A DNA stretch of 64,000 bases from Eledone cirrhosa (GCA_964016885.1 OZ024755.1:31310001-31374000), one strand, 5' to 3'. Numbered from the stretch's first letter, positions 13,765 to 28,000 are shown. Notes: generated from the letters alone by a model not told the origin. Made by a program: numbers and translations.

Positions 13765-13887
13765 TATGTCAGAACAATTGCTCAGGACATGGAAAATGTG
13801 ACCGATACACAAAACAGTGTTTCTGTGAGGCATTTTGGATGCAGAATTTCATCCGTACAAAACTTTTTCATGGAGAAAACAACTGTG
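13765..13887 (+). CDS. KIAA0319L: KIAA0319-like exon, Cys-rich EGF-like juxtamembrane domain
   Basis: tcttacag|TA TGT...TGT G|gtaagt. Translates VCQNNCSGHGKCDRYTKQCFCEAFWMQNFIRTKLFHGENNC, matching the family C..CS.HG.CD..TK.C.C..FWM.N...G..NC signature. Confidence 0.95.
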
Positions 13888-13897
13888 GTAAGTAAAA

Positions 13898-14210
13898 ATG
13901 CTCTGTAAAGTGGTAGTGTTGGTGCCTCAATAAAATACACCCAGTACACTCTGTAAAGTGGTAGTGTTGGTGCTACAATGGAATACACCCAGTACACTCT
14001 GTAAAGTGGTAGTGTTGGTGCCTCAATAAAATACACCCAGTACACTCTGTAAAGTGTTAGTGTTGGTGCTACAATGGAATACACCCAGTACATTCTGTAA
14101 AGTGGTAGTGGTGGTGTCATGATAAAATACACTCTGTAAAGTGATAGTGTGGTGCCACAATAAAACACACCCAGTACACTCTGTAAAGTGATAGGGCTGG
14201 TACCATGATA
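13898..14210 (-). repeat. 48-bp minisatellite in reverse orientation, starting about 10 nt after the exon donor
   Basis: Reverse complement of the 1040 and 10305 unit. Confidence 0.9.
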
Positions 14211-14529
14211 ACATACCTCTATTATGCAATTAACACCTGAGGATGTCACCAGGTTCTTATGCAACCTGGCCACTGAAATGTGCATAGTGTTTGCAGAAAT
14301 AAATAATTAAGGAAATTCAACATATTTGACCTCCTGTCATTTCACTTTATAATACATTTACTCCGTTCCTGCACCACCAACATGATTCAATATGGACATA
14401 GAAGATGGATGAGTTGCATAACGTTGAGTGCTTTTCTCATATTACGTCATGGTTAACATTGCAGAATGACCAATTCTACCCAGTGGTAAACCACCAAATT
14501 TAAACGTGTGTATATATATATGTAATACA

Positions 14530-14856
14530 GAGTACCCGACCTCCCATGGGTACAAGCTGAAGCATATAGACAATATGCCCCCACACCCCCCACCGCAAGG
14601 TGGTCGTGGAGGTGCCACGGCAAAAAAGCACCCAGCCCACACTGTAAAGTGGACGTGTAGGCGCCACGAAAAAGCACCCAGCACTCACTGTAAATGAGGT
14701 TGGTGTTAGGAAGGGCATCCAGCTGTAGAAATCAAGTCAAGATCAGTTCCTGTATGAGCAAGGCATGGTCAGCCGACCAGACACTGCCCACAACAGGACA
14801 ACCCGTCTAACCCATGCTAGCGTGGAAGAACGGACGTAAAACGGTGATGATGATGA
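14530..14856 (+). mobile_element. RTE-related 3' UTR/SINE-like fragment
   Basis: AAAAAGCACCCAGCCCACACTGTAAAGTGG x2, GGAAGGGCATCCAGCTGTAGAAA, and tail GGACGTAAAACGGTGATGATGATG. Confidence 0.7.
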
Positions 14857-14877
14857 TATATATGTATATATATATAT

Positions 14878-15296
14878 ATGTAGGAGGTGAGTTTTATTGT
14901 AGTACAATAAAGCAATGCAGATATCGGATAATATCTTCCAACGGTTTTCAACCTCTCTATGTAAAACAATATATCTTTCTCAGTTATAAAAGCTATCTCT
15001 CTCTCTCTATCTCATCCTTCCTCATTATACTCCTCCCTCTCCACTTTTTACTCTCATCTCCTCCTCTTTCCCCCCCCCCCTCTAAATAAAATATTTTTCC
15101 CAATATCACACATCAATCTAAAACTACCTCTCATATGTTGATTTAAAACTGCACTATCCACAAGTGTTTTTTAACCTTCATATCATGTCTTCATGTTTTA
15201 TCTGATGAAAACACAAATATTATTGCATGATGATATTTGTTTTTGAAATGCGCATAATAAAATACATGGAACTCTTTTAACCATCTTTTGTTCTTA
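14878..15296 (+). mobile_element. Penelope-like terminal repeat copy 1 (internally deleted) with hammerhead
   Basis: Direct repeat of 17090-17787, lacking about 260 bp of it. Flanked by (TA)n. Confidence 0.7.
15191..15270 (+). ncRNA. Minimal type-I hammerhead ribozyme
   Basis: Stem I TTTTAT/ATAAAA. CTGATGA at 15202-15208. Stem II of about 14 bp. GAAA at 15245-15248, then palindromic TGCGCA and a UA cleavage site at 15255-15256. Confidence 0.78.
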
Positions 15297-15303
15297 TATA
15301 TAT

Positions 15304-15334
<31 letters not shown>

Positions 15335-15421
15335 TGGAAAACTAAATAACAACAACAAGTACAGTTACAAAAGATGTTAAGTATTAGGTTCACGCTTGAG
15401 AGTTGGATATATATATATATA

Positions 15422-16273
15422 CGAGGTATGTCAGAAAAGTTCCAGGACTGATGTCACAAAAGATTTATTTCAAACCCAAACTTTACACTAAGAGTTTTCT
15501 CCTTCAAAGTAATCCCCCTGGAGTATGTAACTAATCTTAGTTCTCTGCGACGATCAAACTTTTTTCTTCATAATTTTATATACATGTCCTCTGTTTCAGG
15601 TCGTCAAGCAATGAGCACAGAGCAACAAACAAACTTGAAAACTCTGTCAGAAGCACTGGCATTGCTGCAGCAAGTGGTGCAAGAGGTTTAAAGAAGGCCG
15701 CGAGGACGTGGAAGATGACCCCAGGAGCGGAAGGCCCTCAACAACCAGGACTGAGGTCAACATTGAGCGCGTCAGGCAGATGGTGTGTAGCGATCGTCGG
15801 CAGACTGTTCGACTGATGGCAAATGAGCTGGACATGAATCGGGACAGCGTCTGGAAGATTCTCACTGAAGATTTGGACATGCGGAAAGTCTGCGCGAAGA
15901 TGGTGCCAAAACTGCTGAACGATGACCAGAAGGGTCGACGCATGCAAGTGTGCCAGGACATCCTCGAACGTCTTGAAACCGAACCAGACTTGCTAGGGAC
16001 ACTCATCACCAGTGATGAGTCATGGATCTTCGAGTACGACCCGGAGGGGACCCGTTTTGAAGACGTGGATGACATCAAAACGGTGTGACGACGGAACTGC
16101 GGAGGATCCCGGAACAATCCTTCCAGGAGTGCATGCAAGCGTGGCAGAAAAGGATGGAAAAGTGCATTAGACTCCAGGGGGATTACTTTGAAGGAGGACA
16201 CTTTTAGTGTGAAGTTTGGGTTTGAAATAAACCTTTTGTGACATCAGTCCTGGAACTTTTCTGACCCACCTCG
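15422..16273 (+). mobile_element. Internally deleted non-autonomous mariner with about 70-bp TIRs and TA TSD
   Basis: TA|CGAGGTATGTCAGAAAAGTTCCAGGACTGATGTCACAAAAG...CTTTTGTGACATCAGTCCTGGAACTTTTCTGACCCACCTCG|TA. Transposase motifs EDDPRSGRP, KMVPKLL and ITSDESWIFEYDPE. Confidence 0.95.
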
Positions 16274-16414
16274 TATATATTCATTAAAATATGTTACTAA
16301 ACACTTATTTACATCATAATTTGAACAAAAATTCCGTAGATTTTTGTTTACATTTTACACAAATGTAAACAAAAGTTTTTGTGTGTTCGAAAAGATGAAC
16401 TTGTTGAAGTATTT

Positions 16415-16577
16415 ATCGATTAAATCGACCCCAGTGTGTATTTTATTTTATCGACCCTGTAAGGATGAAAGGCAAAGTTTACCTCGGCGGGATTTGAACT
16501 CAAATCATAAAGGGCCGTAACTCTATGCTGCAAAGCATGGCGTCCGACCCTCTACCAATACTGCCAATCTACTGCCC
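16415..16577 (-). mobile_element. tRNA-derived SINE (family A)
   Basis: ATCGACCCTGTAAGGATGAAAGGCAAAG...GATTTGAACTC...ACTGCCAATCTACTGCC. Confidence 0.8.
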
Positions 16578-16776
16578 TGCTCCACATGAAATAATCTGAC
16601 ACAGTGGGAGTTCATATAAATGTTTTTTTAAAATATTATATGTAGTATTGTGCACAGTTTATTGTAATAAATTACCGTATTTTGAGCTGATGTATCTTTT
16701 TCACCTACACCTTTCCAGTCTTTATATTTGAAAATAAATTTCTTTATATGTATGTATGTGTGTGTGTATATATATA

Positions 16777-17020
16777 TCATCATCATCATCATCATCATCA
16801 ACGTTTAACGTCCGTGTTCCACGCTTGCATGGGTTTGGACGGGGGTAGTCCCACTTGAGGCAAGAGTGATTGTCTTGCTCGCATAGGACTGTCTGGCAGG
16901 TTTTCTACAGTTGGATGCCCTTCCTAACACCAACCACATTTACAGTGTGGGTCTGGGAGGTTTTTGCCGTGTTGCCTACACGGCCACATTACAGCGTGGA
17001 CTGTGTGTTTTTTTGTCGTG
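16777..17020 (-). mobile_element. RTE 3' UTR fragment with (CAT)n tail
   Basis: Near-identical to 6890-7128. Confidence 0.85.
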
Positions 17021-17089
17021 ATTTATATATATATATAACCCATGCAAACATGGACAATAAACATTAAATACTGATGAAGATATATATAT

Positions 17090-17787
17090 ATGTAGGAGGT
17101 GAGTTTTATTGTAGTACAATAAAGCAATGCAAATATCGGATAAGTAGCACTCTTACATTACATAAAAACAAACTTAAACACTAAATAATTCCTCTAAATT
17201 CATAACTCATCCACTCTTCTACTTCGTTTCACAGTATATCCTTAATAACATTAATATTTTTATTTTAATAATACATATTAACAATTTCTTTTCCTCGCAC
17301 ATATTATTAAACCCTTCAATATACAAACCTTAATTTAATATTATTCTTAACCCCCCTTTTTCTCTTCATCAACTTTTAATTTCAAATTCTTTTAACTTAT
17401 CTATTATCTTCCAACGGCTTTTTAACTTCTCTCTGTGAGACAGTATATATTTTTCTCAGTTGTAAAGGCTATCTCTCTCTCTCTATCACCCATCTCTCCT
17501 CCTCTCTCATCCTTCCTTCTTATACTCCTCCCCCACCATTATCTACTTTCATCTCCTCCTCTTTCTCCCCCCCCCCCCCCTCCTCACTTTTTCCCAATAT
17601 CACACACCAATCTTAAATTATTTTTCATATGTTGATTTAAAACTTCACTATTCACAAGTGTTTTTTAACCTTCATATCATGTATCCCTATTTTATCTGAT
17701 GAAAACGCAAATATCATCTCATGATATTTGTTTTTGAAATGCGCATAATAAAATACTTGGAACTCTTTTAACCATCTTTTGATCTTA
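17090..17787 (+). mobile_element. Penelope-like terminal repeat copy 2 with hammerhead
   Basis: Starts TGTAGGAGGTGAGTTTTATTGTAGTAC and ends GGAACTCTTTTAACCATCTTTTG, as in 14878-15296. Confidence 0.7.
17688..17755 (+). ncRNA. Minimal type-I hammerhead ribozyme
   Basis: Stem I TATTTTAT/ATAAAATA. CTGATGA at 17696-17702. Stem II AAACGCAAATATCA/TGATATTTGTTTTT. GAAA at 17736, then TGCGCA and TA at 17746-17747. Confidence 0.8.
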
Positions 17788-17834
17788 TATTATATATATA
17801 TATATATATTTCTCTATATATTTTCTCTCAATAG

Positions 17835-18020
17835 ATTGGAGTATCCTGTATGTGGTTATTGTGTGTTTCTTGATCGTAGTTGGTATTGCAGGATTTGCTT
17901 GGCTCTCCTGCTGCATATGGAAAAGAAGACTATGTCGATGGAGGACTAGAAAACGGCCAAAATACGCTCTACTTTCACAGAATGATAGCGTTAAAGAAAA
18001 TTTTAAAATGGTAACTAAAA
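17835..18020 (+). CDS. KIAA0319L: KIAA0319-like exon, transmembrane helix and basic cytoplasmic segment
   Basis: ctcaatag|AT TGG...AAA A|gtgagt. Translates DWSILYVVIVCFLIVVGIAGFAWLSCCIWKRRLCRWRTRKRPKYALLSQNDSVKENFKMVTK, with the family WS.LYV and KY.LL motifs. Phase 1 to 1. Confidence 0.93.
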
Positions 18021-18599
18021 GTGAGTGAGATTCTTTTTTTTTTTTCTGTCCCAAACATCATCATCATAACTTTCTACCCTTTACTGAGCCCACTGGGTGC
18101 TTTTTGTCATGGTACCAGCACTACCAGCTTCCAGGATCGGCTGGGTGCATTTTATTGTGGCACCAGCATGACTGCCTTACACTAGGGTACAAATTGTCTC
18201 CAGGCTAGAGAGGATTGAAAGACAAGGGAGCATCAGGTGGTAGAGGGGTCCTTGAAGAGGGTGAGATGTATTAGTATATTGTGAAGTGTGTCTTTCTCTC
18301 TCCATACTAGCATGGGTTGTACAAGGGAGGGGAATTGAGGATGTAGGTAGAGGTAGGGATCACATCTTTCTTCAATGTTGGCATGGGTTGAGGAAGAGGG
18401 GTGAGGGATGTGAGTAGAAGAGAACATTGAAGAGAGAAGATAGGAGAGATGTGAATAGTTCATGGAGGGAGAAGGTTGGGTGAGAGTGGAAAGTATGTTC
18501 ATAGGTAAAATCCTAAATAATGTTTCATCTTCCTGCTGACCTGCATAGAGTAAGTCTTCTGTCGTACAACAAATCACCATTGAACTCAATCTTAACATG

Positions 18600-18915
18600 T
18601 CCTATGCAAGAACCCAAGTTTTCCTACATCTTCCTCTTCCAGACGTTCCATTGACTTTGAATGATCTGCACCTTTTATGCACCTGTGCATCACATGTCCA
18701 TATCAGCACAGTTTTCTCTCTTGTACACTGCATCTAATCTCTGTTCTACATAACTTTTCTCTCAGTTCACTAACACTTCATACACTCTGAACACATTTAT
18801 TGGAGTACACCTCATTTTTTTCTAATCTTCCAACTTCCTCTGCATTCAAGGTCCAAGTCTTATTTTCATGTAGCATCGCAGTTCACAGACAGACATCATC
18901 AATCTGCTTGTATGT
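18600..18915 (-). mobile_element. Highly degenerate RTE RT C-terminal fragment
   Basis: Minus-strand remnants of the ...MLH.ETW..., WYGHV and GRGR.RKTW coding sequence. Confidence 0.6.
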
Positions 18916-18959
18916 TTCTGGCAACCAAATTCAATGCACAAGGCATTGGTCAATATGAA

Positions 18960-19070
18960 GAAGTATTACAGGACGTTTACCCAGGGTACCATGAAATGTG
19001 ACTGAACCACAAAATATGTACTTGGAAAGTGAACTCCTGTACCACCACCTTAACCACACAGCCATGTCTG
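18960..19070 (-). mobile_element. Degenerate tRNA-derived SINE head that seeds the adjacent satellite
   Basis: Minus strand ACAGACATGGCTGTGTGGTTAAG (A box)...GAGTTCACTTTCCAAG...TGGTTCAGTCAC (B-box-like)...GGTACCCTGGGTAAACGTC. Confidence 0.6.
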
Positions 19071-22000
19071 TACCACCACCTTAACCACACAGCCATGTCT
19101 GTACCACCACCTTAACCCCACAGCCATGTCTGTACCATCTTAACCACACAGCCATGTCTGTACCACCACCTTAACCACACAGCCATTTCTGTACCACCTT
19201 AACCACACAGCCATGTCTGTACCACCTTAACCACACAGCCATGTCTGTACCACCACCTTAACCACACAGCCATGTCTGTACCACCTTAACCCCACAGCCA
19301 TGTCTGTACCACCTTAACCATACAGCCATGTCTGTACCACCTTAACCACACAACCATGTCTGTACCACCTTAACTACACAGCCATGTCTGTACCACCACC
19401 TTAACCACACAGCCATGTCTGTACCACCTTAACCCCACAGCCATGTCTGTACCACCTTAACCATACAGCCATGTCTGTACCACCTTAACCACACAGCCAT
19501 GTCTGTACCACCTTAACTACACAGCCATGTCTGTACCTCCACCTTAACCACACAGCCATGTCTGTATCACCTTAACCACACAGCCATGTCTGTACCACCT
19601 TGACCACACAGCCATGTCTGTACCTCCACCTTAACCACACAGCCATGTTTGTACCACCACCTTAACCACACAGTGTCTGTACCACCACCTTAACCACACA
19701 GCCATGTCTGTACCACCACCTTAACCACACAGCCATGTCTGTACCACCACCTTAACCACACAGCCTTGTCTGTACCACCTTAACCCCACAGCCATGTCTG
19801 TACCACCTTAACCACACAGCCATGTCTGTACCACCTTAACTACACAGCCATGTCTGTACCTCCACCTTAACCACACAGCCATGTCTGTACCACCTTAACC
19901 ATACAGCCATGTCTGTACCACCTTAACCACACAGCCATGTCTGTACCACCACCTTAACCACACAGACATGTCTGTACCACCTTAACCCCACAGCCATGTC
20001 TGTACCACCTTAACCACACAGCCATGTCTGTACCACCTTAACTACATAGCCATGTATGTACCACCTTAACCACACAGCCATGTCTCTATCACCTTAACCA
20101 CACAGCCATGTCTGTACCACCTTAACCACACAGCCATGTCTATACCACCTTAACCACACAGCCATGTCTGTACCTCCACCTTAACCACACAGCCATGTCT
20201 GTACCACCACCTTAACCACACAGTGTCTGTACCACCACCTTAACCACACAGCCATGTCTGTACCACCACCTTAACCACACAGCCATGTCTGTACCTCCAC
20301 CTTAACCATACAGCCATGTCTGTACCTCCACCTTAACCACACAGCCATGTCTGTATCACCTTAACCACACAGTCATGTCTGTACCACCTTAACCACACAG
20401 CCATGTCTGTACCACCACCTTAACCACACAGCCATGTCTGTACCACCTTAACCACACAGCCATGTCTGTAACCCCTTAACCCCACAGCCATGTCTGTACC
20501 ACCTTAACCCCACAGCCATGTCTGTACCACCTTAACCACACAGCCATGTCTGTAACACCTTAACCCCACAGCCATGTCTGTACCACCTTAACCACACAGC
20601 CATGTCTGTACCTCCACCTTAACGACACAGCCATGTCTGTACCACCTTAACCACACAGCCATGTCTGTACCACCTTAACCACACAGCCATGTCTGTACCA
20701 CCACCTTAACCACACAGCCATCTCTGTACCACCTTAACCACACAGCCATCTCTGTACCACCTTAACCACACAGCCATCTCTGTACCACCTTAACCACACA
20801 GCCATGTCTGTACCACCTTAACCACACAGCCATGTCTGTACCACCTTAACCACACAGCCATGTCTGTACCACCACCTTAACCCCACAGCCATGTCTGTAC
20901 CTCCACCTTAACCCCACAGCCATGTCTGTAACACCTTAACCACACAGCCATGTCTGTACCACCACCTTAACCACACAGCTATGTCTGTACCACCTTAACC
21001 ACACAGCCATGTCTGTACCACCACCTTAACCACACAGCCATGTCTGTACCCCCCACCTTAACAACACAGCCATGTCTGTACCACCACCTTAACAACACAG
21101 CCATGTCTGTATCACCTTAACCACACAGCCATGTCTGTACCACCACCTTAACAACACAGCCATGTCTGTACCACCTTAACCACACAGCCATGTCTGTACC
21201 ACCACCTTATCCACACAGCCATGTCTGTACCACCTTAACCCCACAGCCATGTCTGTACCACCTCCTTAACCACACAGCCATGTCTGTACCACCTTAACCA
21301 CACAGCCATGTCTGTACCACCACCTTAACCACACAGCCATGTCTGTACCACCTTAACCACACAGCCATGTCTGTACCACCTTAACCATACAGCCATGTCT
21401 ATACCACCACCTTAACCACACAGCCATGTCTATACCACCACCTTAACCACACAGCCATGTCTGTACCACCACCTTAACCACACAGCCATGTCTGTACCAC
21501 CACCTTAACCACACAGCCATGTCTGTACCATCTTAACCACACAGCCATGTCTGTACCCCCCACCTTAACCACACAGCTATGTCTGTACCACCTTAACCAC
21601 ACAGCCATGTCTGTACCACCACCTTAACCACTCAGCCATGTCTGTACCACCTTAACCACAGAGCCATGTCAGTACCACCACCTTAACCACACAGCCATGT
21701 CTGTACCACCTTAACCCCACAGCCATGTCTGTACCACCTCCTTAACCACACAGCCATGTCTGTACCACCTCCTTAACCACACAGCCATGTCTGTACCACC
21801 TTAACCATACAGCCATATCTGTACCACCTTAACCACACAACCATGTCTGTACCACCACCTTAACCACACAGCCATGTCTGTACCACCACCTTAACCCCAC
21901 AGCCATGTCTGTACCACCTTAACCACACAGCCATGTCTGTACCACCACCTTAACCACACAGCCATGTCTGTACCACCTTAACCACACAGCCATGTCTGTA

Positions 22001-25000
22001 CCACCACCTTAACCACACAGCCATGTCTGTACCACCACCTTAACCACACAGCCATGTCTGTACCATCACCTTAACCACACAGCCATGTCTGTACCACCTT
22101 AACCCCACAGCCATGTCTGTATCACCTTAACCACACAGCCATGTCTGTACCACCACCTTAACAACACAGCCATGTCTGTATCACCTTAACCACACAGCCA
22201 TGTCTGTACCACCACCTTAACCACACAGCCATGTCTGTACCACCACCTTATCCACACAGCCATGTCTGTACCACCTTAACCCCACAGCCATGTCTGTACC
22301 ACCTCCTTAACCACACAGCCATGTCTGTACCACCACCTTAACCACACAGCCATGTCTGTACCACCACCTTATCCACACAGCCATGTCTGTACCACCTTAA
22401 CCCCACAGCCATGTCTGTACCACAACCTTAACCACACAGCCATGTCTGTACCACCTTAACCACACAGCCATGTCTGTACCACCTTAACCACACAGCCATG
22501 TCTGTACCACCTTAACCACACAGCCATGTCTGTACCACCTTAATCACACAGCCATATCTGTACCACCACCTTAACCACACAGCTATGTCTGTACCACCAC
22601 CTTAACCACACAGCCATGTCTGTACCACCACCTTAACCACACAGCCATGTCTGTACCACCACCTTAACCACACAGCCATGTCTGTACCATCTTAACCACA
22701 CAGCCATGTCTGTACCCCCCACCTTAACCACACAGCTATGTCTGTACCACCTTAACCACACAGCCATGTCTGTACCACCACCTTAACCACTCAGCCATGT
22801 CTGTACCACCTTAACCACAGAGCCATGTCAGTACCACCACCTTAACCACACAGCCATGTCTGTACCACCTTAACCCCACAGCCATGTCTGTACCACCTCC
22901 TTAACCACACAGCCATGTCTGTACCACCTTAACCATACAGCCATATCTGTACCACCTTAACCACACAGCCATGTCTGTACCACCACCTTAACCACACAGC
23001 CATGTCTGTACCACCTTAACCACACAGCCATGTCTGTACCACCTTAACCACACAGCCATGTCTGTACCACCTTAACCACACAGCCATGTCTGTACCACCT
23101 TAACCATACAGCCATGTCTATACCACCACCTTAACCACACAGCCATGTCTATACCACCACCTTAACCACACAGCCATGTCTGTACCACCACCTTAACCAC
23201 ACAGCCATGTCTGTACCACCACCTTAACCACACAGCCATGTCTGTACCATCTTAACCACACAGCCATGTCTGTACCCCCCACCTTAACCACACAGCTATG
23301 TCTGTACCACCTTAACCACACAGCCATGTCTGTACCACCACCTTAACCACTCAGCCATGTCTGTACCACCTTAACCACAGAGCCATGTCAGTACCACCAC
23401 CTTAACCACACAGCCATGTCTGTACCACCTTAACCCCACAGCCATGTCTGTACCACCTCCTTAACCACACAGCCATGTCTGTACCACCTCCTTAACCACA
23501 CAGCCATGTCTGTACCACCTTAACCATACAGCCATATCTGTACCACCTTAACCACACAACCATGTCTGTACCACCACCTTAACCACACAGCCATGTCTGT
23601 ACCACCACCTTAACCCCACAGCCATGTCTGTACCACCTTAACCACACAGCCATGTCTGTACCACCACCTTAACCACACAGCCATGTCTGTACCACCTTAA
23701 CCACACAGCCATGTCTGTACCACCACCTTAACCACACAGCCATGTCTGTACCACCACCTTAACCACACAGCCATGTCTGTACCATCACCTTAACCACACA
23801 GCCATGTCTGTACCACCTTAACCCCACAGCCATGTCTGTATCACCTTAACCACACAGCCATGTCTGTACCACCACCTTAACAACACAGCCATGTCTGTAT
23901 CACCTTAACCACACAGCCATGTCTGTACCACCACCTTAACCACACAGCCATGTCTGTACCACCACCTTATCCACACAGCCATGTCTGTACCACCTTAACC
24001 CCACAGCCATGTCTGTACCACCTCCTTAACCACACAGCCATGTCTGTACCACCACCTTAACCACACAGCCATGTCTGTACCACCACCTTATCCACACAGC
24101 CATGTCTGTACCACCTTAACCCCACAGCCATGTCTGTACCACAACCTTAACCACACAGCCATGTCTGTACCACCTTAACCACACAGCCATGTCTGTACCA
24201 CCTTAACCACACAGCCATGTCTGTACCACCTTAACCACACAGCCATGTCTGTACCACCTTAATCACACAGCCATATCTGTACCACCACCTTAACCACACA
24301 GCTATGTCTGTACCACCACCTTAACCACACAGCCATGTCTGTACCACCACCTTAACCACACAGCCATGTCTGTACCACCACCTTAACCACACAGCCATGT
24401 CTGTACCATCTTAACCACACAGCCATGTCTGTACCCCCCACCTTAACCACACAGCTATGTCTGTACCACCTTAACCACACAGCCATGTCTGTACCACCAC
24501 CTTAACCACTCAGCCATGTCTGTACCACCTTAACCACAGAGCCATGTCAGTACCACCACCTTAACCACACAGCCATGTCTGTACCACCTTAACCCCACAG
24601 CCATGTCTGTACCACCTCCTTAACCACACAGCCATGTCTGTACCACCTTAACCATACAGCCATATCTGTACCACCTTAACCACACAGCCATGTCTGTACC
24701 ACCACCTTAACCACACAGCCATGTCTGTACCACCTTAACCACACAGCCATGTCTGTACCACCTTAACCACACAGCCATGTCTGTACCACCTTAACCACAC
24801 AGCCATGTCTGTACCACCTTAACCACACAGCCATGTCTGTACCACCACCTTAACCACACAGCTATGTCTGTACCACCACCTTAACCACACAGCCATGTCT
24901 GTACCACCACCTTAACCACACAGCCATGTCTGTACCACCACCTTAACCCCACAGCCATGTCTGTACCACCTTAACCACACAGCCATGTCTGTACCACCAC

Positions 25001-28000
25001 CTTAACCACACAACCATGTCTGTACCACCACCTTAACCACACAGCCATGTCTGTACCACCACCTTAACCCCACAGCCATGTCTGTACCACCTTAACCACA
25101 CAGCCATGTCTGTACCACCACCTTAACCACACAGCCATGTCTGTACCACCACCTTAACAACACAGCCATGTCTGTACCACCTTAACCACACAGCCATGTC
25201 TGTACCACCACCTTAACCACACAGCCATGTCTGTACCACCTTAACCACACAGCCATGTCTGTACCACCTTAACCACACAGCCATCTCTGTACCACCTTAA
25301 CCACACAGCCATGTCTGTACCACCTTAACCACACAGCCATGTCTGTACCACCACCTTAACCACACAGCCATGTCTGTACCACCACCTTAACCACACAGCC
25401 ATGTCTGTACCACCACCTTAACAACACAGCCATGTCTGTACCACCTTAACCACACAGCGATGTCTGTACCACCACCTTAACCACACAGCCATGTCTGTAC
25501 CACCTTAACCACACAGCCATGTCTGTACCACCACCTTAACCACACAGCCATGTCTGTACCACCTTAACCACACAGCCATGTCTGTACCTCCACCTTAACC
25601 ACACAGCCATGTCTGTACCACCTTATCCACACAGCCATGTCTGTACCACCTTAACCCCACAGCCATGTCTGTACCACCTCCTTAACCACACAGCCATGTC
25701 TGTACCACCACCTTAACCACACAGCCATGTCTGTACCACCACCTTAACCACACAGCCATATCTGTACCACCTTAACCACACAGCCATGTCTGTACCACCT
25801 TAACCACACAGCCATGTCTGTACCACCACCTTAACCACACAGCCATGTCTGTACCACCTTAACCACACAGCCATGTCTGTACCACCTTAACCACACAGCC
25901 ATGTCTGTACCACCTTAACCACACAGCCATGTCTGTACCACCTTAACCACACAGCCATGTCTGTACCACCTTAACCACACAGCCATGTCTGTACCACCAC
26001 CTTAACCACACAGACATGTCTGTACCACCTTAACCCCACAGCCATGTCTGTACCACCTTAACCACACAGCCATGTCTGTACCACCTTAACTACATAGCCA
26101 TGTATGTACCACCTTAACCACACAGCCATGTCTCTATCACCTTAACCACACAGCCATGTCTGTACCACCTTAACCACACAGCCATGTCTATACCACCTTA
26201 ACCACACAGCCATGTCTGTACCTCCACCTTAACCACACAGCCATGTCTGTACCACCACCACCTTAACCACACAGTGTCTGTACCACCACCTTAACCACAC
26301 AGCCATGTCTGTACCACCACCTTAACCACACAGCCATGTCTGTACCTCCACCTTAACCATACAGCCATGTCTGTACCTCCACCTTAACCACACAGCCATG
26401 TCTGTATCACCTTAACCACACAGTCATGTCTGTACCACCTTAACCACACAGCCATGTCTGTACCACCACCTTAACCACACAGCCATGTCTGTACCACCTT
26501 AACCACACAGCCATGTCTGTAACCCCTTAACCCCACAGCCATGTCTGTACCACCTTAACCCCACAGCCATGTCTGTACCACCTTAACCACACAGCCATGT
26601 CTGTAACACCTTAACCCCACAGCCATGTCTGTACCACCTTAACCACACAGCCATGTCTGTACCTCCACCTTAACGACACAGCCATGTCTGTACCACCTTA
26701 ACCACACAGCCATGTCTGTACCACCTTAACCACACAGCCATGTCTGTACCACCACCTTAACCACACAGCCATCTCTGTACCACCTTAACCACACAGCCAT
26801 CTCTGTACCACCTTAACCACACAGCCATCTCTGTACCACCTTAACCACACAGCCATGTCTGTACCACCTTAACCACACAGCCATGTCTGTACCACCTTAA
26901 CCACACAGCCATGTCTGTACCACCACCTTAACCCCACAGCCATGTCTGTACCTCCACCTTAACCCCACAGCCATGTCTGTAACACCTTAACCACACAGCC
27001 ATGTCTGTACCACCACCTTAACCACACAGCTATGTCTGTACCACCTTAACCACACAGCCATGTCTGTACCACCACCTTAACCACACAGCCATGTCTGTAC
27101 CCCCCACCTTAACAACACAGCCATGTCTGTACCACCACCTTAACAACACAGCCATGTCTGTATCACCTTAACCACACAGCCATGTCTGTACCACCACCTT
27201 AACAACACAGCCATGTCTGTACCACCTTAACCACACAGCCATGTCTGTACCACCACCTTATCCACACAGCCATGTCTGTACCACCTTAACCCCACAGCCA
27301 TGTCTGTACCACCTCCTTAACCACACAGCCATGTCTGTACCACCTTAACCACACAGCCATGTCTGTACCACCACCTTAACCACACAGCCATGTCTGTACC
27401 ACCTTAACCACACAGCCATGTCTGTACCACCTTAACCATACAGCCATGTCTATACCACCACCTTAACCACACAGCCATGTCTATACCACCACCTTAACCA
27501 CACAGCCATGTCTGTACCACCACCTTAACCACACAGCCATGTCTGTACCACCACCTTAACCACACAGCCATGTCTGTACCATCTTAACCACACAGCCATG
27601 TCTGTACCCCCCACCTTAACCACACAGCTATGTCTGTACCACCTTAACCACACAGCCATGTCTGTACCACCACCTTAACCACTCAGCCATGTCTGTACCA
27701 CCTTAACCACAGAGCCATGTCAGTACCACCACCTTAACCACACAGCCATGTCTGTACCACCTTAACCCCACAGCCATGTCTGTACCACCTCCTTAACCAC
27801 ACAGCCATGTCTGTACCACCTCCTTAACCACACAGCCATGTCTGTACCACCTTAACCATACAGCCATATCTGTACCACCTTAACCACACAACCATGTCTG
27901 TACCACCACCTTAACCACACAGCCATGTCTGTACCACCACCTTAACCCCACAGCCATGTCTGTACCACCTTAACCACACAGCCATGTCTGTACCACCACC

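Noticed and set aside
13717-13908. ORF-track translation over the EGF-like exon
   Set aside because: Wrong frame. The spliced frame gives the conserved Cys-rich sequence.
18011-18016. Alternative donor ATG|gtaact in the TM exon
   Set aside because: Phase 0 would shift the terminal exon out of the frame encoding the conserved SESD motif. The gtgagt donor at 18021 fits.
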